From the NCBI GenBank assembly GCA_043228905.1, contig JBHGNT010000015.1, forward strand, positions 10,974,001-11,038,000: a stretch of DNA of 64,000 nt. Direction: 5' to 3'. The notes beneath the pieces were generated by a model. It did no database searches, had not been told where the DNA came from, and saw nothing but the letters and a program-made list of their open reading frames with translations. Shown here one piece after another: positions 1 to 12,754 of this stretch. The translations under genes and the position numbers were made by a program. This stretch comes from Azolla caroliniana (taxonomy: Eukaryota > Plantae > Polypodiophyta). How positions within the stretch are numbered: the first letter of the stretch is position 1; each line of letters begins with the position of its first letter.

Positions 1-190
1 AGCATTCCCAACATCTGTCTTGCCGGACCCAAGTCTTTCATTGAGAAGGTCTGGTTGAGAGCCTTCTTCAACATCCATATTTTGGCTTGGTCCCGTCCGA
101 CGAACAACATGTTGTCCACGTACAGAATGAGTATCAGGAAGTCGCCTCCTTCGAACTTCTTCACAAACACGTAGTGATTGGCCTGCATCG

Positions 191-980
191 TGTCGTGCCT
201 TTTGGCTCCGGATCGTTGCGTGAGTCGGGTGGGAACCGCAGAGGTTTTGGACTAGGAGAAAGAAGAATATGAGATGAGGCTAGTAATGAATAGATTATTA
301 GAAAGAGAGATAGAAATTTCGTGAATCCCACGAGTGTATTGTATTCGATTAATCAATATTTAGATAAGAATATGTATTTAGATTGAAAGAAAGATATAAG
401 AAACTTGTGAATCCCACAAGTATAGATTATATTATTTTCGTGAATCCCACGATTATATTAATCGGTTGGTGTTTTCGGAAATATATCCAATTTCCAAATA
501 TTTCACACACCTATTACATTGTGCTCCCCATCCTTATGTAGTGATGGGAGAGACTAAGCATAGCTACATGCTTTTTTTTCTAATATGTTCATGCACACTA
601 AATATGCATGTGATGCTTTTCTAATCCTTGCTTTTATTTGCTAAATATAGTGCTCATGCACGCTAGATGTGCACGAGTCACTTTTTAGTTGCTTGCGTTT
701 TTTCTATAAAATATTCACACACTCTAAAAATGCACGATTTACCTTTTAATAAAGGTAGGCGCAAATAAAGCACTTATAGTTATTAAATCTATTTATAGAA
801 CACTAAAGATAAGGTAGTATAATAGTAAAGTTGAGGTTTGGCTACGTGGAGGTACAGAGTTCAAATCCTGCCCTATGCACGTGATAAATATCTTGATATA
901 TTATTTTATTTATTTATATGTAATTAAATCGGTTATATTATTTTTACTTTTTCACGTAGTGTACGAAATACACTACGACA
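191..980. mobile_element. Solo LTR inserted in the Copia RT
   Basis: Ends TGTCGT...ACGACA are inverted; flanked by near-identical 5-bp GCATC (plus 1 extra base) and GCGTC; removing it restores the RT frame; AT-rich and non-coding. Confidence 0.8.
815..868 (+). promoter_or_regulatory. tRNA-like Pol III A-box/B-box pair inside the solo LTR
   Basis: TAGTATAATAG (815-825) fits TRGYNNARNNG; GTTCAAATCC (859-868) fits the B-box; tRNA-like spacing. Confidence 0.45.
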
Positions 981-3900
981 GCGTCTTGTGGTACCCTTGA
1001 TCGGTCATGAAGGAGTCGAACTTCCGATACCATTTTCGGGGAGCCTGCTTCAGTCCGTACAGGCTCTTCTTCAACCGGCAAACCAGGTGCTCCTTCCCTT
1101 TCCCCATGAATCATTCCAGTTGTTGCATGTAGATCTCCTCTTCGAGGTCACCATGAAGGAATGTCGTCTTCACGTCTAGCTGCTCTACCTCGGTCCATGT
1201 TTGCCGCTATACTCAACACCGTCCGGATGGAGGTCATCTTTACCACCAGGGCAAATATCTCGTTGAAGTCCACGCCCTTCTTTTGCTGGAACCCCTTCAC
1301 CACGATCTTGGCTTTGTATCTCGGGGGGTTTCCGGCATCTCCCGGTTTCAACTTGTACACCCACTTGTTTCGGAGTGCCCGCTTTCCTTTCAGCAACTCC
1401 ACCAATCCGTACGTATGGTTCTTGTGCAGGGAATCCATCTCATCCTGCATGGCACTTAACCATTTGCGGCTGTGGGTGTCATCCATTGCTTCCTTGAAGC
1501 TTTCTGGCTCCCCCTCATCGGTTAGCAGCACATGCTCTGCATCTGGAAATCTCTCGGGGGGCCTTCTCTCTCTGAGAGGATTTCTCCGTCTTTGGGATTC
1601 GGTAACTGGCTCCTCCATTTGCTCTTTGTCCGAATCCGATTCGGGGTCTTGGCCGGTTCCGGTTTCAGCTTCCTCTACTTCCTCTTATGCCGGTTCGGTA
1701 TTCTCACGGTAATCGGTTGGTTCCTGGAGTGCTAACCGGTCTCTTGCCGGTTGGGTTTGCTCATCGTAGAATCATTCCTTACCGGTTGACTCGGAGTTCA
1801 TTATCTTCTTCTCCGACTCCCAGTCGGCGAGCGTCTTGTCCTCCATGAAGATAATATCTCGAATCTGAAATTCCTTCTTGTTGACCAGGTCCCACACTCG
1901 GTAGCCGAACTCATCGTCACCATAACCGAGGAATATGCATGGCGGGGTATTCGGATCTAGTATTCCTCTCCGGTCCATAGCTACATGCACGTACGCAAGA
2001 CACCCGAATACCTTAAGATGCCGGTATGACACTTCCTTACCGGTCCAGACTCTCTATGGCGTGTCTCAGTCCAAGGGTATTGAGGGTGATCTGTTTATCA
2101 CATATGTCGCCGTCGACAGTGCCTCAGCCCAAATCTTCGTGGGTAGTTTTGCATGCGTCAGCATACTCCAGACCCTCTCCATTATGGTCCGGTTCATCCT
2201 CTCGGCCAGCCCGTTTAGTTCCGGCGTCTTCGGCACGGTAAATTCGAGCCGGATTCCCTTCGAGTGGTAGTACTCCTCGAACTGCCCCCCGTATTCTCCT
2301 TCGTTATCTGCTCGAACCGCCTTCAAATTCCGGCCGGTTTCTCTTTCCACTCTCGCGTGGAGCTCTTTGAAGACGGATAACACCTGATCCTTCGTCTTCA
2401 ACGGTGTGGCCCACAGCTTCTGGCTATGGTCATCTATGAACGTCACGAAGTACTGCGATCCTGCATGTGACTTCGTGTCCACTGGACACACATCAGTATG
2501 CACCAACTCCAGTGGTGCATTACGTCTCATCGGTGGCCTCGATCGGAAGGAGGTCCGGTTTTGTTTACCGGCCAGACAATCAGTGCACTTATCCAAGTGC
2601 ACGTTCTTCACTAGAATGAGGTTGTCGTCTGCAAGCCTCTTCATCCCCTTCTCACTCATGTGACACAACCTCTTGTGCCACAGCTCACCGGTAGTGTCGA
2701 ATGCCACGTTCACTTCCTCCGGACATAACCGGGCATTCATCAGGTACAGAGTGTTTACCTTCTGGGCCCGAGCCACAATCAAGCTCCCTTTGCTGAACTT
2801 TATAACACCGTTCCGGATGCTACCCGTGTAGCCTTCATCATCTAGCCGACCGGCTGATATCAGGTTCAGACGAACCTCCGGAATGTGTCGGACATCCTTC
2901 AGCAGCAACTTGCATCCGGTTGGCATTTTCAACCACACGTCTCCTATGCCGACAATTCGACATGTACCTTCATTCCCCATCCAGACACAGCCGTGATCAC
3001 CGACTAAGTAGGATGAGAAGTATTTCCGGTTCGGGGTAAGGTGGAACGACGCTCCGGAGTCGACCACCCAGGTCATCTCATTGCCGGCAAGGTTTAGCTC
3101 ACTCTCCTCGGTGATGAGCATCAACTCTTCTTCACTTGCCGCGATTGCCGTTGTTCCCTTCCGTCCGGCCCCCTCCGGTCTTTTCCTCTTTGGTCCGGTG
3201 TCCGTTTCGAATCGGTGCCGTCAGTTTCCTTGTCCTTTCGGAAGTGCCGACAGTTTTTCTTGCAGTGACCCGGCTTGCCGCAATAGAAGCAGGTAGGCCT
3301 CCCCCTTGACTTTGACCGTGTCCCCGACTTCTCCTGGTTCTGGGGGCTACGATTCCTTCGTCTTCCGCATTCCGATTCGGTAAGGAACACTTTGGAGTCG
3401 GAGCTCGTATCCTTATCTTTCCGATGTGCCTCCTCATCTAGCAAGCTCGACTTCACTCTTGCTAGGGATAACCGTTTCCCTTCCGACCCGACGTTGCCCA
3501 AAGTGACAACCAACGTCTCCCAACTATCCGGGAGGGAACCGAGCAGGAGTAGCGCTAGTACCTCATCGGCGAGAGGTACTTCCAATGATGTTGCCTGGTG
3601 TATCAGCCCCTAGAAGGCATTCATGTGCTCCGGCATGCTGGAACCATCTTGGTACCGAAGTCTTACTAGCTTCCGGAATACCGAAACCTGGTTAACAACA
3701 TTTTTGTTTTGAAACATAATGCCGATCTTCTCCCAAAGCTCATGAGCTTTGCTCTCTTCATTGAAGTTGTTGTATAGGCTCATGTCGATGAAGCACCGTA
3801 TGTACGTCGTTGTCTTCATGTTATCGTGGCGTCGATTTTGTCCGGTCTCTTGTCCCCGAACTGAACTAGCAGCCAAAAATCTTTAACCACGAGCATGTCC

Positions 3901-3987
3901 CTCATCTTCGACTTCCACACGGAATAGTTGGAGCCGGTGAGCTTGAACATGCCTCCCAACGATTCGTCCATTTTTTTTGTTGCTTCA

Positions 3988-3998
3988 CTCTGATACCA
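3988..3998 (-). other. Primer-binding site, tRNA-iMet
   Basis: TGGTATCAGAG on the minus strand, 3 nt inside the LTR boundary. Confidence 0.9.
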
Positions 3999-4001
3999 CT
4001 T

Positions 4002-4267
4002 TGACAGGAACTACACGCTCCCGATGAACAACGCTCGGCCACAACCAAGCTAAGAATCAAACACAGAAAACGGGTAATGAATGCATGACACAGTGAAGAG
4101 AAGAGAACACAAGATGTTATCGTGGAAAACCTAAACTAGGGAAAAAACCACGGCAGCCCACAGACTGCAAACTATCACTATGTCAGAATGTACAATGGTA
4201 AAGCACCGAGGCAACGACCTTGAGCTTGTTATCTTCGACACAGGCGGCAGTTACAACAAGGGCAATG

Positions 4268-4312
<45 letters not shown>

Positions 4313-4755
4313 CACAGTTACGTGTTCTAATCTTGCACCAACAAGAATGACAACTACACGTATACTAAGTTTGCCCTAAGTCATATTTATACTAATATGA
4401 CTTTTCAGCTATTTACAAATATAGCCCCGATGGACTCTCATAAACATATTTACGAATATGTTCCTTCATCCAGTGAGCACTCCTCACCGGGCCGGCATCA
4501 TCCGGCGCTTGCCGGGTACTCCACATCCAGTTCTCACCGGGTCTTCACCATCCGGCTCTTGCCGGGTACTCGTCATCCGGTTCTCACCGGGTCTTTCGTT
4601 GCCGGGTATTCTTCATCCGGTTCTCACCGGGTCTTCCGTTTCCAGGTACTCTTCATCCGGTTTCACTTCCCATCTGGAGGGACCTGTTTCCTAACACAAC
4701 TGTCGGCTTCTTCCGAACAGTCGGTTCCTCCCATTGGAGGGACATATCCCCAACA
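4002..4755 (-). repeat. 5' LTR of the Copia element
   Basis: Minus strand TGTTGGGG...CTGTCA, adjacent to the PBS; contains (CT)n at about 4270-4308 and ~40-bp tandem repeats at about 4487-4660. Confidence 0.8.
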
Positions 4756-6960
4756 ATATAGAGGAGAATTTGGCAAATGGTTTCATTTGACATTCGAAAT
4801 CTCCAGTCGGTGCACCCATTTTCTTGGTCATGAAAAAGGATGGATCACTTCGTCTCGTCGTAGACTATCACCGCTTGAATAAGGTCACCATCAAGAATAG
4901 GTATGCACTTCCTCTTATCTCAAGTCTTTATGAAAAACTAGAAGAGCATGATTCTCATGTACTGTTAGTACTAAAATGGCTTCGAGAACATGGTCTTTAT
5001 GCAAAACTAGAAAAATGTAGCTTCGCGTGCAACCAAGTGGAAGTTTTGGGCTATGTCATCTCCTCGGAAGGCATCCATATGGATCCAACTAAGGTCAAAA
5101 CTGTGGTAGAGTCGTAGACTCCACGTTCGTTAACATATGTGCAATGCTTTTTAGGATTTGCCAATTTCTACCGCAAGTTTATACAGTATTACTCAAAGCT
5201 TATTCTACCTCTCACACAACTTACCAAGAAGGGGCAATCGTTTGTTTGGTCTAAAGAAGAGGACATGGTTTTTGAGAGTCTTAAGAAGGCATCTACATCA
5301 GCTCCTATTCTAGCTCATGTTGATCCGGCAAAACCATTCATCATTGAGGCAGATACGTCGGATTTTGCCTTGGGTAGCATTCTTTCACAACAAGGATATG
5401 ATGAAAAGCTACATCCTGTGGCTTTCCACTTACACAACTTTAATGCCGCCGAAATCAACTATGAAATTCATGATAAAGAGCTATTAACAATAGTGGACTC
5501 TTTTACACAATGGAGGCATTTCCTAGAGGGATCTTCTCATGAAGTCACTGTATTCAGTGATCACAAAAATCTTGCCTACTTCCAAAATGCTCGTATATTA
5601 ATTGATGCCAAGATCGGTGCGCCCAATTCCTCACTCATTTCGACTTCAAAATTACATATCGTCTTGGGAAGCAGTAAGGGAAGGCAGATGCGTTATCACG
5701 GCTCTCGTATCTAGCACCGCATCCTAGTGAGCTAGCATTCGATAACCAAAAGCAAGTAATCCTAGGACCGGCACGACTAGAAGCAACGCGAGTTTTCGAT
5801 ATGCCATTGGATTCTCACATTATTGATACCCTATGTGAGGACTTGAAGACAGATGCTTTGGCTATAGCCATTCTAACACAAATTGATCCCTCTTGGGCAT
5901 CTTGTTCATAGTCGCAACAACAAGGTACGGATTATTGACAATTCGAATGTCATGATGGATTACTATTCTTTAAGAAGTTCTTGTATGTTCCTAATGGTTC
6001 TTGTCGCCTTTGATTAGTCCAAAAATTTCATGACACATGAAGTTGGGCACTTTGGTAGTACTAAAACGTTAGATTTAGTACAACAATCATTCTAGTGGCC
6101 TCATATGCGACGGTCTATCGAAGATTATGTTCGGACATGTGATACATGTTGCAAAGCAAAGATGGCAGCCAAGACACCATCCATATGGTTTATTGGAACC
6201 ATTACCAATTCCAAGCAACCCGTGGCAATCCATTACTCTAGATTTCATTACAGATCTTCCAGTATCTAAGGGATTCAATGTGATCTTAACAGTAGTAGAT
6301 TGATATACGAAGATGGCCCATTTCCTACCATGTATTAAGGAAATCACTACTGAAGAAACCGCCGAAACTATCATGCGTGAGGTATGTCGACATCATGGCC
6401 TCCCTGACAGTATTATCAGCGACCGTGGACCCCAGTTTGTCTCGAAATTCTGGACGCACCTCTTCAAAATGCTCAAGGTCACTTGTAACCTCTCCTCCGG
6501 CTACCACCCGCAAATAGACGGACAAGCAGAACGAACAAATCAAACGCTGGAACAGTATCTTCGGTGTTTTCTTAGTTATCATCAAGATGACTGGGTGGAT
6601 ATTCTCCATTTCGCCAAATTTGCGTATAATAACTCTATCCACTCATAGATAAAGGCCACACCATTTTATGCTTATACGGGCTATCATCCTTGGTGGTGTG
6701 TTTTTGAAACTCCGGAGTTACCCACAAATCCTTGTGGAGAGGATCGTTTGGAGCGGCTATGCAAGATACAGGAGGATTTATCTACTCATTTACAACAAGC
6801 TCAATAAACACACAAGGATTATGCGGATTGTCATCGGCTTCCATCTAGTTTTAACATTAGAGATCGGGTATGACTATTACTATGACAAATCAAGACTACT
6901 TGCCCATGCGATAAATTGGATTATCGGCGATTGGGTCCTTTCCATATTATCGAGAAAAAT
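4756..6960 (+). mobile_element. Tcn1-like chromovirus (Ty3/Gypsy) pol fragment, RT-RNaseH-INT, with the RT core deleted
   Basis: [60 protein letters not shown]; same family as 54828-59123; LISSL is joined directly to EEHDSH, so the YLDD segment is missing. Confidence 0.9.
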
Positions 6961-7348
6961 TAATAAAAGAATGGACATAACTAGTAGGGGATTGACTTTT
7001 ATTAATACTTTATTGCCTTTATTTTAACATATTTATACTTTGTGGCTTATTTGCCCTTATCCCTACCTGCTACACATTCTCTCTCTATCTCTCTCTATCT
7101 CTCTCTTACTTTCTGCTCGGTTACCATTTTTTTTACCCCATGCACTTACCTTTGATTCCATTATACGTCCAAATAGTTTTGTCATTAGTGAGCCAATCAT
7201 GATGGTTCAATAGTTGTTTACGTTATTTACTTCTTCATCTTTATGTAAAGGTTTGATCCAATTTGTGGTCCAATCGTACGACATACCATGTTGCAATGCA
7301 TGATTAAATATATCTCTTATCAATGCACGTGCTTCCTTTCCTGCCCAT

Positions 7349-7812
7349 TGTTATCTATGGGACAAAGGGCACCAGGTGTGAAACAAATCTAAAGAGACGA
7401 TTAGGTCAAGTAGGTTAAAAGGGAATCGGCCGAGCACTGGTAGCCGAGGAAGGTTGAACGAAATACATTCAGCCGAGAATAAAGGTCGTGAGTTAGGAGG
7501 AAGTAGCTAAAGCGTGCCAAGGAGAGAATAGCCTATATAAATCGTGGAACAACAGAAGGAAAGGGAGAGCGAATATATGCATAGGTTATGATACAGAGAG
7601 AGAAAGTGACTAATATAATCAGGCTTGTGTTGCCTTGTAATCAATTTATCCAATAATCAATATACATATAAGTTTTGGGTCATCTATATGTCTGTTCCAT
7701 CTTAATCTGTATTTTCAGTTCTATTATTCTAAGTCGTAAGTGGAAAGTCGAATGTGGTCAGCTATTGCGTAAAGATGAATCATCTCAAAGACGCATTTCT
7801 CGTAGAACTACA
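7349..7812 (+). repeat. Probable LTR
   Basis: TG...CA ends with imperfect inverted termini (TGTTATCTATG / CGTAGAACTACA), TATA box at about 7533; no TSD or PBS found. Confidence 0.4.
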
Positions 7813-8439
7813 GGAACATTTGCGCACGACGCAAGCCCTAACCGACTTCTCATAGCAAACAATCGAGCAGGTGGTTGCTCATGTCCTAACATTGGACAGA
7901 GCTCAAACTAGTACATCTTTCTCAATGGGCTCACTCCAAAATGCCTTGCCAACACACGAAGAAACCCAATTTTCGCAGGCACTCCAATGCACGACATGCT
8001 TGAATTCTGACCACTTAGTCGTGGATTGCGCTCTTCGACCACAGTGCCCGATCTGCCACTCCCGCACGCATATGGTAGAGCAATGTGAATATAATCTACT
8101 CAATCACACAACCACTGCTCCTTTGTTGTTAAAAAACGTGTATTTTACACATAGAGTACGTTTTAGAATACCCACACATATTCTAAACGTATTCTACGTT
8201 TTGGAACTGTCATTCTTTTATAAGCCTAAATTTGTAAATAATTAAAAAAATACTTTTGTAGGGCTTTTTTTAGTAGTGAAATCCGAAAAAGTAAACAATT
8301 GGGGTTTTTTGTTATGACTCACGAGTGTCTTCATTTTGTAGGTTAAAGGTTTTAACTTTTTACTCAGGTCTTTAGAAGCAGCCTGTAGGAAGCAAGCATT
8401 GTTTTAGTTTATTTTCAAAGGTAATTTCGTCATAATATA

Positions 8440-9975
8440 TGTGCATGTATGAATGATTTTGTTCTGTTTATGCCCAAATGCAATGTGGATTAAAATCTGT
8501 TTAGAGGGTCTCAAAACATAAAATATTTCAGAAAATTCAGAAAATTCTAAAATAGATTTGAAATTTTCTATGAAATCTAGATTAAGTAACATACATTATT
8601 GAGAAAGAGGGCTGAAATTAAAAATTCCATTATGTGATGACTTCCCTGTATATTAATTAACTTATTAAGTAACATATATGGAGATGATATTAAAGTAATT
8701 ACCATAGAATAACTTGCATATTACATATGCATGTTTGAAATCTAAATGATTTATGTGTGGTTATGCCCAAATGTAAGTGGATTAAATATATGTCTTGAGA
8801 GTATTTAAGTATTTATGCTCAAGATTTTAGAAAAAACTCTGAAATAGATTTGAATTTTTTTAATTTTCTATTGAATCTAGATTAAGTAACATACATTATT
8901 GAGAAAGAGGGTTGAAATTCAAATTTGTATTACGTGATGACTTGCCCATATAGTTAATTAACTTATTAAGTAACATATAGGGAGATGATATTAAAGTAAT
9001 TACCATAGAATAGCATGCATATTACATATGCATGTTTGAAATTTGAATGATTTATCATTTATGTGTGGTTATGCCCAAATGCAAGTGGATTAAATATATG
9101 CCTTGAGAGTATCTAAGTATTTATGCTCAATATTTCAGAAAATACTCTAAACTAGATTTGAAATTTACTATAGAATCGATTAAGTAGCATATATAATGGA
9201 GAAAGAGGGGTGGAATTTCCATTATGTGATGAGTCATGACTTTCCCGTATAGTTAATTAACTTATTAAGTAACATATATGGAGATGATATTAAAGTAATT
9301 ACCATACAATAGTAAGATACAAATGCATGTTTAAAATTTGAATGATTTCTATGTGTTTATGGCCAAATGCAAGTGGATTAAAATCTAATTGAGAAAGAGG
9401 GCTGAAATTTTCGTTATGTGATGACTTTCCCGTATAGTTAATTAACTCATTAAGTAACATATAGGGAGACAATACTAGTAATTATCATAGAGTTGTAACA
9501 TACATACGCATGTTTGAATTAATACTCTGTGTTTATGCCTAAATGCAAGGGGATTAAAATTTGGTTTGAGGGTCTTGAGGTTGTTTATGCCCAATATTTC
9601 AAAAAAACTCTGAAATAGAGGTGAAATTTTCGTATTTTCTTCAAAAATACCACTAATGAAACCCCGAAGGCACCTAGTGAGGGGGATCACTTGCCCTTTT
9701 AGTCAAAGTAGTTTATCTAATTGAGAAAGAGGGCTGAAATTTCGATACAATTCAATGTGACATTGTGGATTCATGAATAATTTATGGCTAAAATCATATG
9801 TTTTAATCATATACATTATGACATTCTGGATTCAATGTCCATGAATAATTTATAGTTAAAATCATATGTTTAAATGATATACATCTGTCATCTTCACATT
9901 GTGGATTCATGAATAATTTCTTGTTAAAATCATATGTTTAAATGATATACATAATCACATTGTGGATTCATGAAT
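8440..9975. repeat. Degenerate tandem repeats in the hAT 5' region (about 190-330-bp units, then ~60-bp units)
   Basis: GAGAAAGAGGG.TGAAATT anchor recurs at about 8600, 8900, 9199, 9391 and 9723; ACATTGTGGATTCATGAAT recurs from 9760 to 9975. Confidence 0.85.
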
Positions 9976-10037
9976 CTAGGACAATATAAAAGACAACTCT
10001 CGAGTCTCTAGAACTTGATATCACCAATTAAGCAACT

Positions 10038-12754
10038 ATGTCACGCAAAGAATCTCCCTTATGGGATAAATATTGTTTGAACAAACAAGTTGGGAAGTCA
10101 TCTGGGTCCTATTATTGGGATTGCCGATTTTGTGGTCTTCATGGGACTGGGACACTAACACGTTTAGTTGCTCACCTTGCTAGAATTAAAGGTGAAGGTA
10201 TAGACAAGTGTGTGCAAGTAACTCTCAAGGCATATCAAGAGGCTATAGCAGTAGCACAAGAAAGTGAATTAACTCTCACAAGAAGCAAAAACGCATTAAA
10301 GAAGTGGAAGCCATGGAACAACAAATTGAGCTTAAAGAAGGCATGGTGGATTCAATGGTTGATTCCATGTTCCAATCACAACCATCAATAGCTAGCACAT
10401 GTGCCTCATCTAAGAAGGATACAATTGACCAAATTCCTATGGATATTGAAGATACAGAAGGTTCAAGAAGAGAAAGTCTCACTCAAAGCACCATAAGGAG
10501 AGGATCAAGTGATGCTATGTTGATCAAGAAAGACCATGCAAACACAATGTTGGTTAGATGCATTGTGGAAGGTAATCTATCTTTTAATCTTTTGAAAATG
10601 TCATGTTGGAGGAACATGTTGCTAGCTTTCTCTGAGATTGGGGAAAAGCATAGTGGCATTACCTACAATGATTTAAGAGTTAAGTATTTAAAGAAAGAGC
10701 ATTTGAATGTGCAACACAAAGTGGAAAATGTGAAAGCCCTTTGGCCAAAATATGGAGTTACAATACTTTCAGATGGATGGATTGACACTAGCAAGAGAGC
10801 ACTTGTGAATATTTTGGTCTCATGTTGTTATGGCACTATGTCCCTTAAAACTATTGGTTGTAGTGGTGTTTCTACAAGGGTTGATGGTCCATGGTTGGCT
10901 GAAATGCTATCAATTGCAATAAAGGAAGTAAAAGCAGAAAATGTGGTGCAAATTGTCACTGACAATGCATCTAATTGTGTTAGCATGGGTCACATTCTAG
11001 AGACTGAATTCCCAAGCCTTGTATGGACTCCTTGTGCATCACATTGTCTAGATTTATTGGTAGAGGATATTGGGAAGCTGTCTTGGGTTTGTCGAGTGCA
11101 CAAGAGAACAATTTACGTGGTTAAACTATTCACCAAGAGGCTTGCAAGAGTTTGGAGAGCCCTTGAACAAACAGTGGTTAGTAACTATTGGGAGGATTGG
11201 AGTGACTCCAAAAAGCCAGATGCTGTCAAGGTGAAGTCTATTGTGCAAGACAACTCTACTTTGCCTTCAATTATGATTGTAATTTCTATTATGCGTCCAC
11301 TGTTTTCTGTTTTGTGCCTAACTGATTGTGAAGGATCTACAATGGGCTTACTTTATGAGTTTAGGAGGAGGGCTAGAGACACATTACAACGAGGAGCGAG
11401 AGAAGACACATCAAACAAAGACAGGTGATTTATTCTAATATTATTATTTCTATGTAGTATGTAGTATGTACAATTGCTATTTATTGCATCTTTTTCATTT
11501 CTTTGAATCATTGCTATCATCTATGTTATGCATATTTCCAGTAACTGATTTCTATATTATGCATATTTATGTTAATGCAGATATAAAGAGGTTTTGGAAT
11601 GCTTTGATTGTCGTTGGTCATGGTTCAAAAAGCCAATTCATATTGTTGCACATATTTTGCATCCTTTATGGAAGCCCAAAGATAAACCAATAGTTATGAA
11701 TGTAGAGATGCAGATGGATGGCTTGGTTATATTCAAAAGGTATATTCTATAGATGAATGTGAAATCTTACAAGATCAATTTGACATGTCTAGAAATGGTG
11801 TGGGTCGATTTAGCAATGAACTATCAAAATCACACATTGCAAAATGTAAACCTGTCTCATGGTGGGAAAGATATGGGGACAATGTGCCCTTACTACAATC
11901 ATTAGCTTGTAGAGTATTGTCTCAGGTATTATAGTTTTTTTTTATTGTTTTAATGTTATTAATCTTCTACAATGACATATGTTCATGTTGTTTGTTTGTT
12001 GAATACTTTGTGTCATAGGATTGCTCTTCTGGAGCTATTGAAAGAAATTGGAATGCACATGCGTTGGCACATACAAAAAGGAGGAATCGTTTGAAGGTGA
12101 AACAAGTCGAGAGATTAGTATATGTTAACTTAAGGCTTGTTAGGACCTTTCAAACTCATGTTGGTCTTCCAATGCAGGTCTGCATCTTTCTTATTCATAT
12201 TTGACATTTGACGTTTAGAGTCTACACAAGTAATTTATAGGTTAATTAACGAGCCTCGTTAATTGGTTATGGTTTTAAAATTATGAATCATGATCATGAT
12301 ACTAGAATATTATTTGATTTAGGTTAATCCAGATGAGATAGACATTGACAAGACTCCTGAAATGCCTCGATCAACGACTGATATTGACACTAAAGTCGCA
12401 CAAACATATTTTGAGGAAGCAGAGGCTATGCATATTGGTCGGGTTACTCGGAGTTGATCTAAGTTTGCCACTATGATAGTGGATGAAGGACTGGTAGGTT
12501 CAAGTTCTAGCACTACTAGAGGTGGTCATGTTCGTAGTCGTGCTTGTGTGAGAGTTTCAAGTACAAGAAAGGTACTTACTCGACAAGCTACAAATATTCC
12601 TTGCAATGCTGAATATGGTAATGATGATGGAGAACAAAAGGATGAAGACATTGACAATGACACAATTGATTCATCTTCTGATAGTGATTATGTGGACAAC
12701 TATGATGATACAACAACTGAATCCTCGAATCATGATGTAGAAGAGGAAATATAA
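10038..12754 (+). pseudogene. hAT transposase (BED zinc finger, DUF659-type catalytic core, C-terminal dimerisation domain), intron-containing and disrupted
   Basis: WDCRFCG...RLVAHLA; ILSDGWID, VVQIVTDNASN, WTPCASHCLDL; PVSWWERYGDNVPLLQSLACRVLSQ and IERNW...RNRL; frameshift near 10300 and several stops. Confidence 0.88.

Larger units (their letters stand above)
1..3971 (-). pseudogene. Copia gag-pol polyprotein broken by stops, frameshifts and a solo-LTR insertion
   Basis: ORF fragments 3610-3876, 3121-3585, 2066-3124, 1772-2032 and 1148-1618; RT frame GYHKT|QANHYVFVKK...LILYVDNML resumes at 1-190 after the 191-980 insert. Confidence 0.9.
1..4755 (-). mobile_element. Ty1/Copia LTR retrotransposon (Tnt1/Tork-like), degenerate, 3' part runs off the window
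   Basis: Minus-strand order LTR-PBS-gag-PR-INT-RT: gag start MDESLGGMFKLTGSNYSVWK at 3971, CFYCGKPGH knuckle, protease WVVDSGAS, integrase WHKRLCH..C..C and ELVHTD, RT KWVYK and SLYGLKQAP. Confidence 0.95.

Noticed and set aside
7349-7812. This LTR as the 5' LTR of the adjacent Gypsy
   Set aside because: No PBS follows and gag begins mid-domain, so the link cannot be supported.
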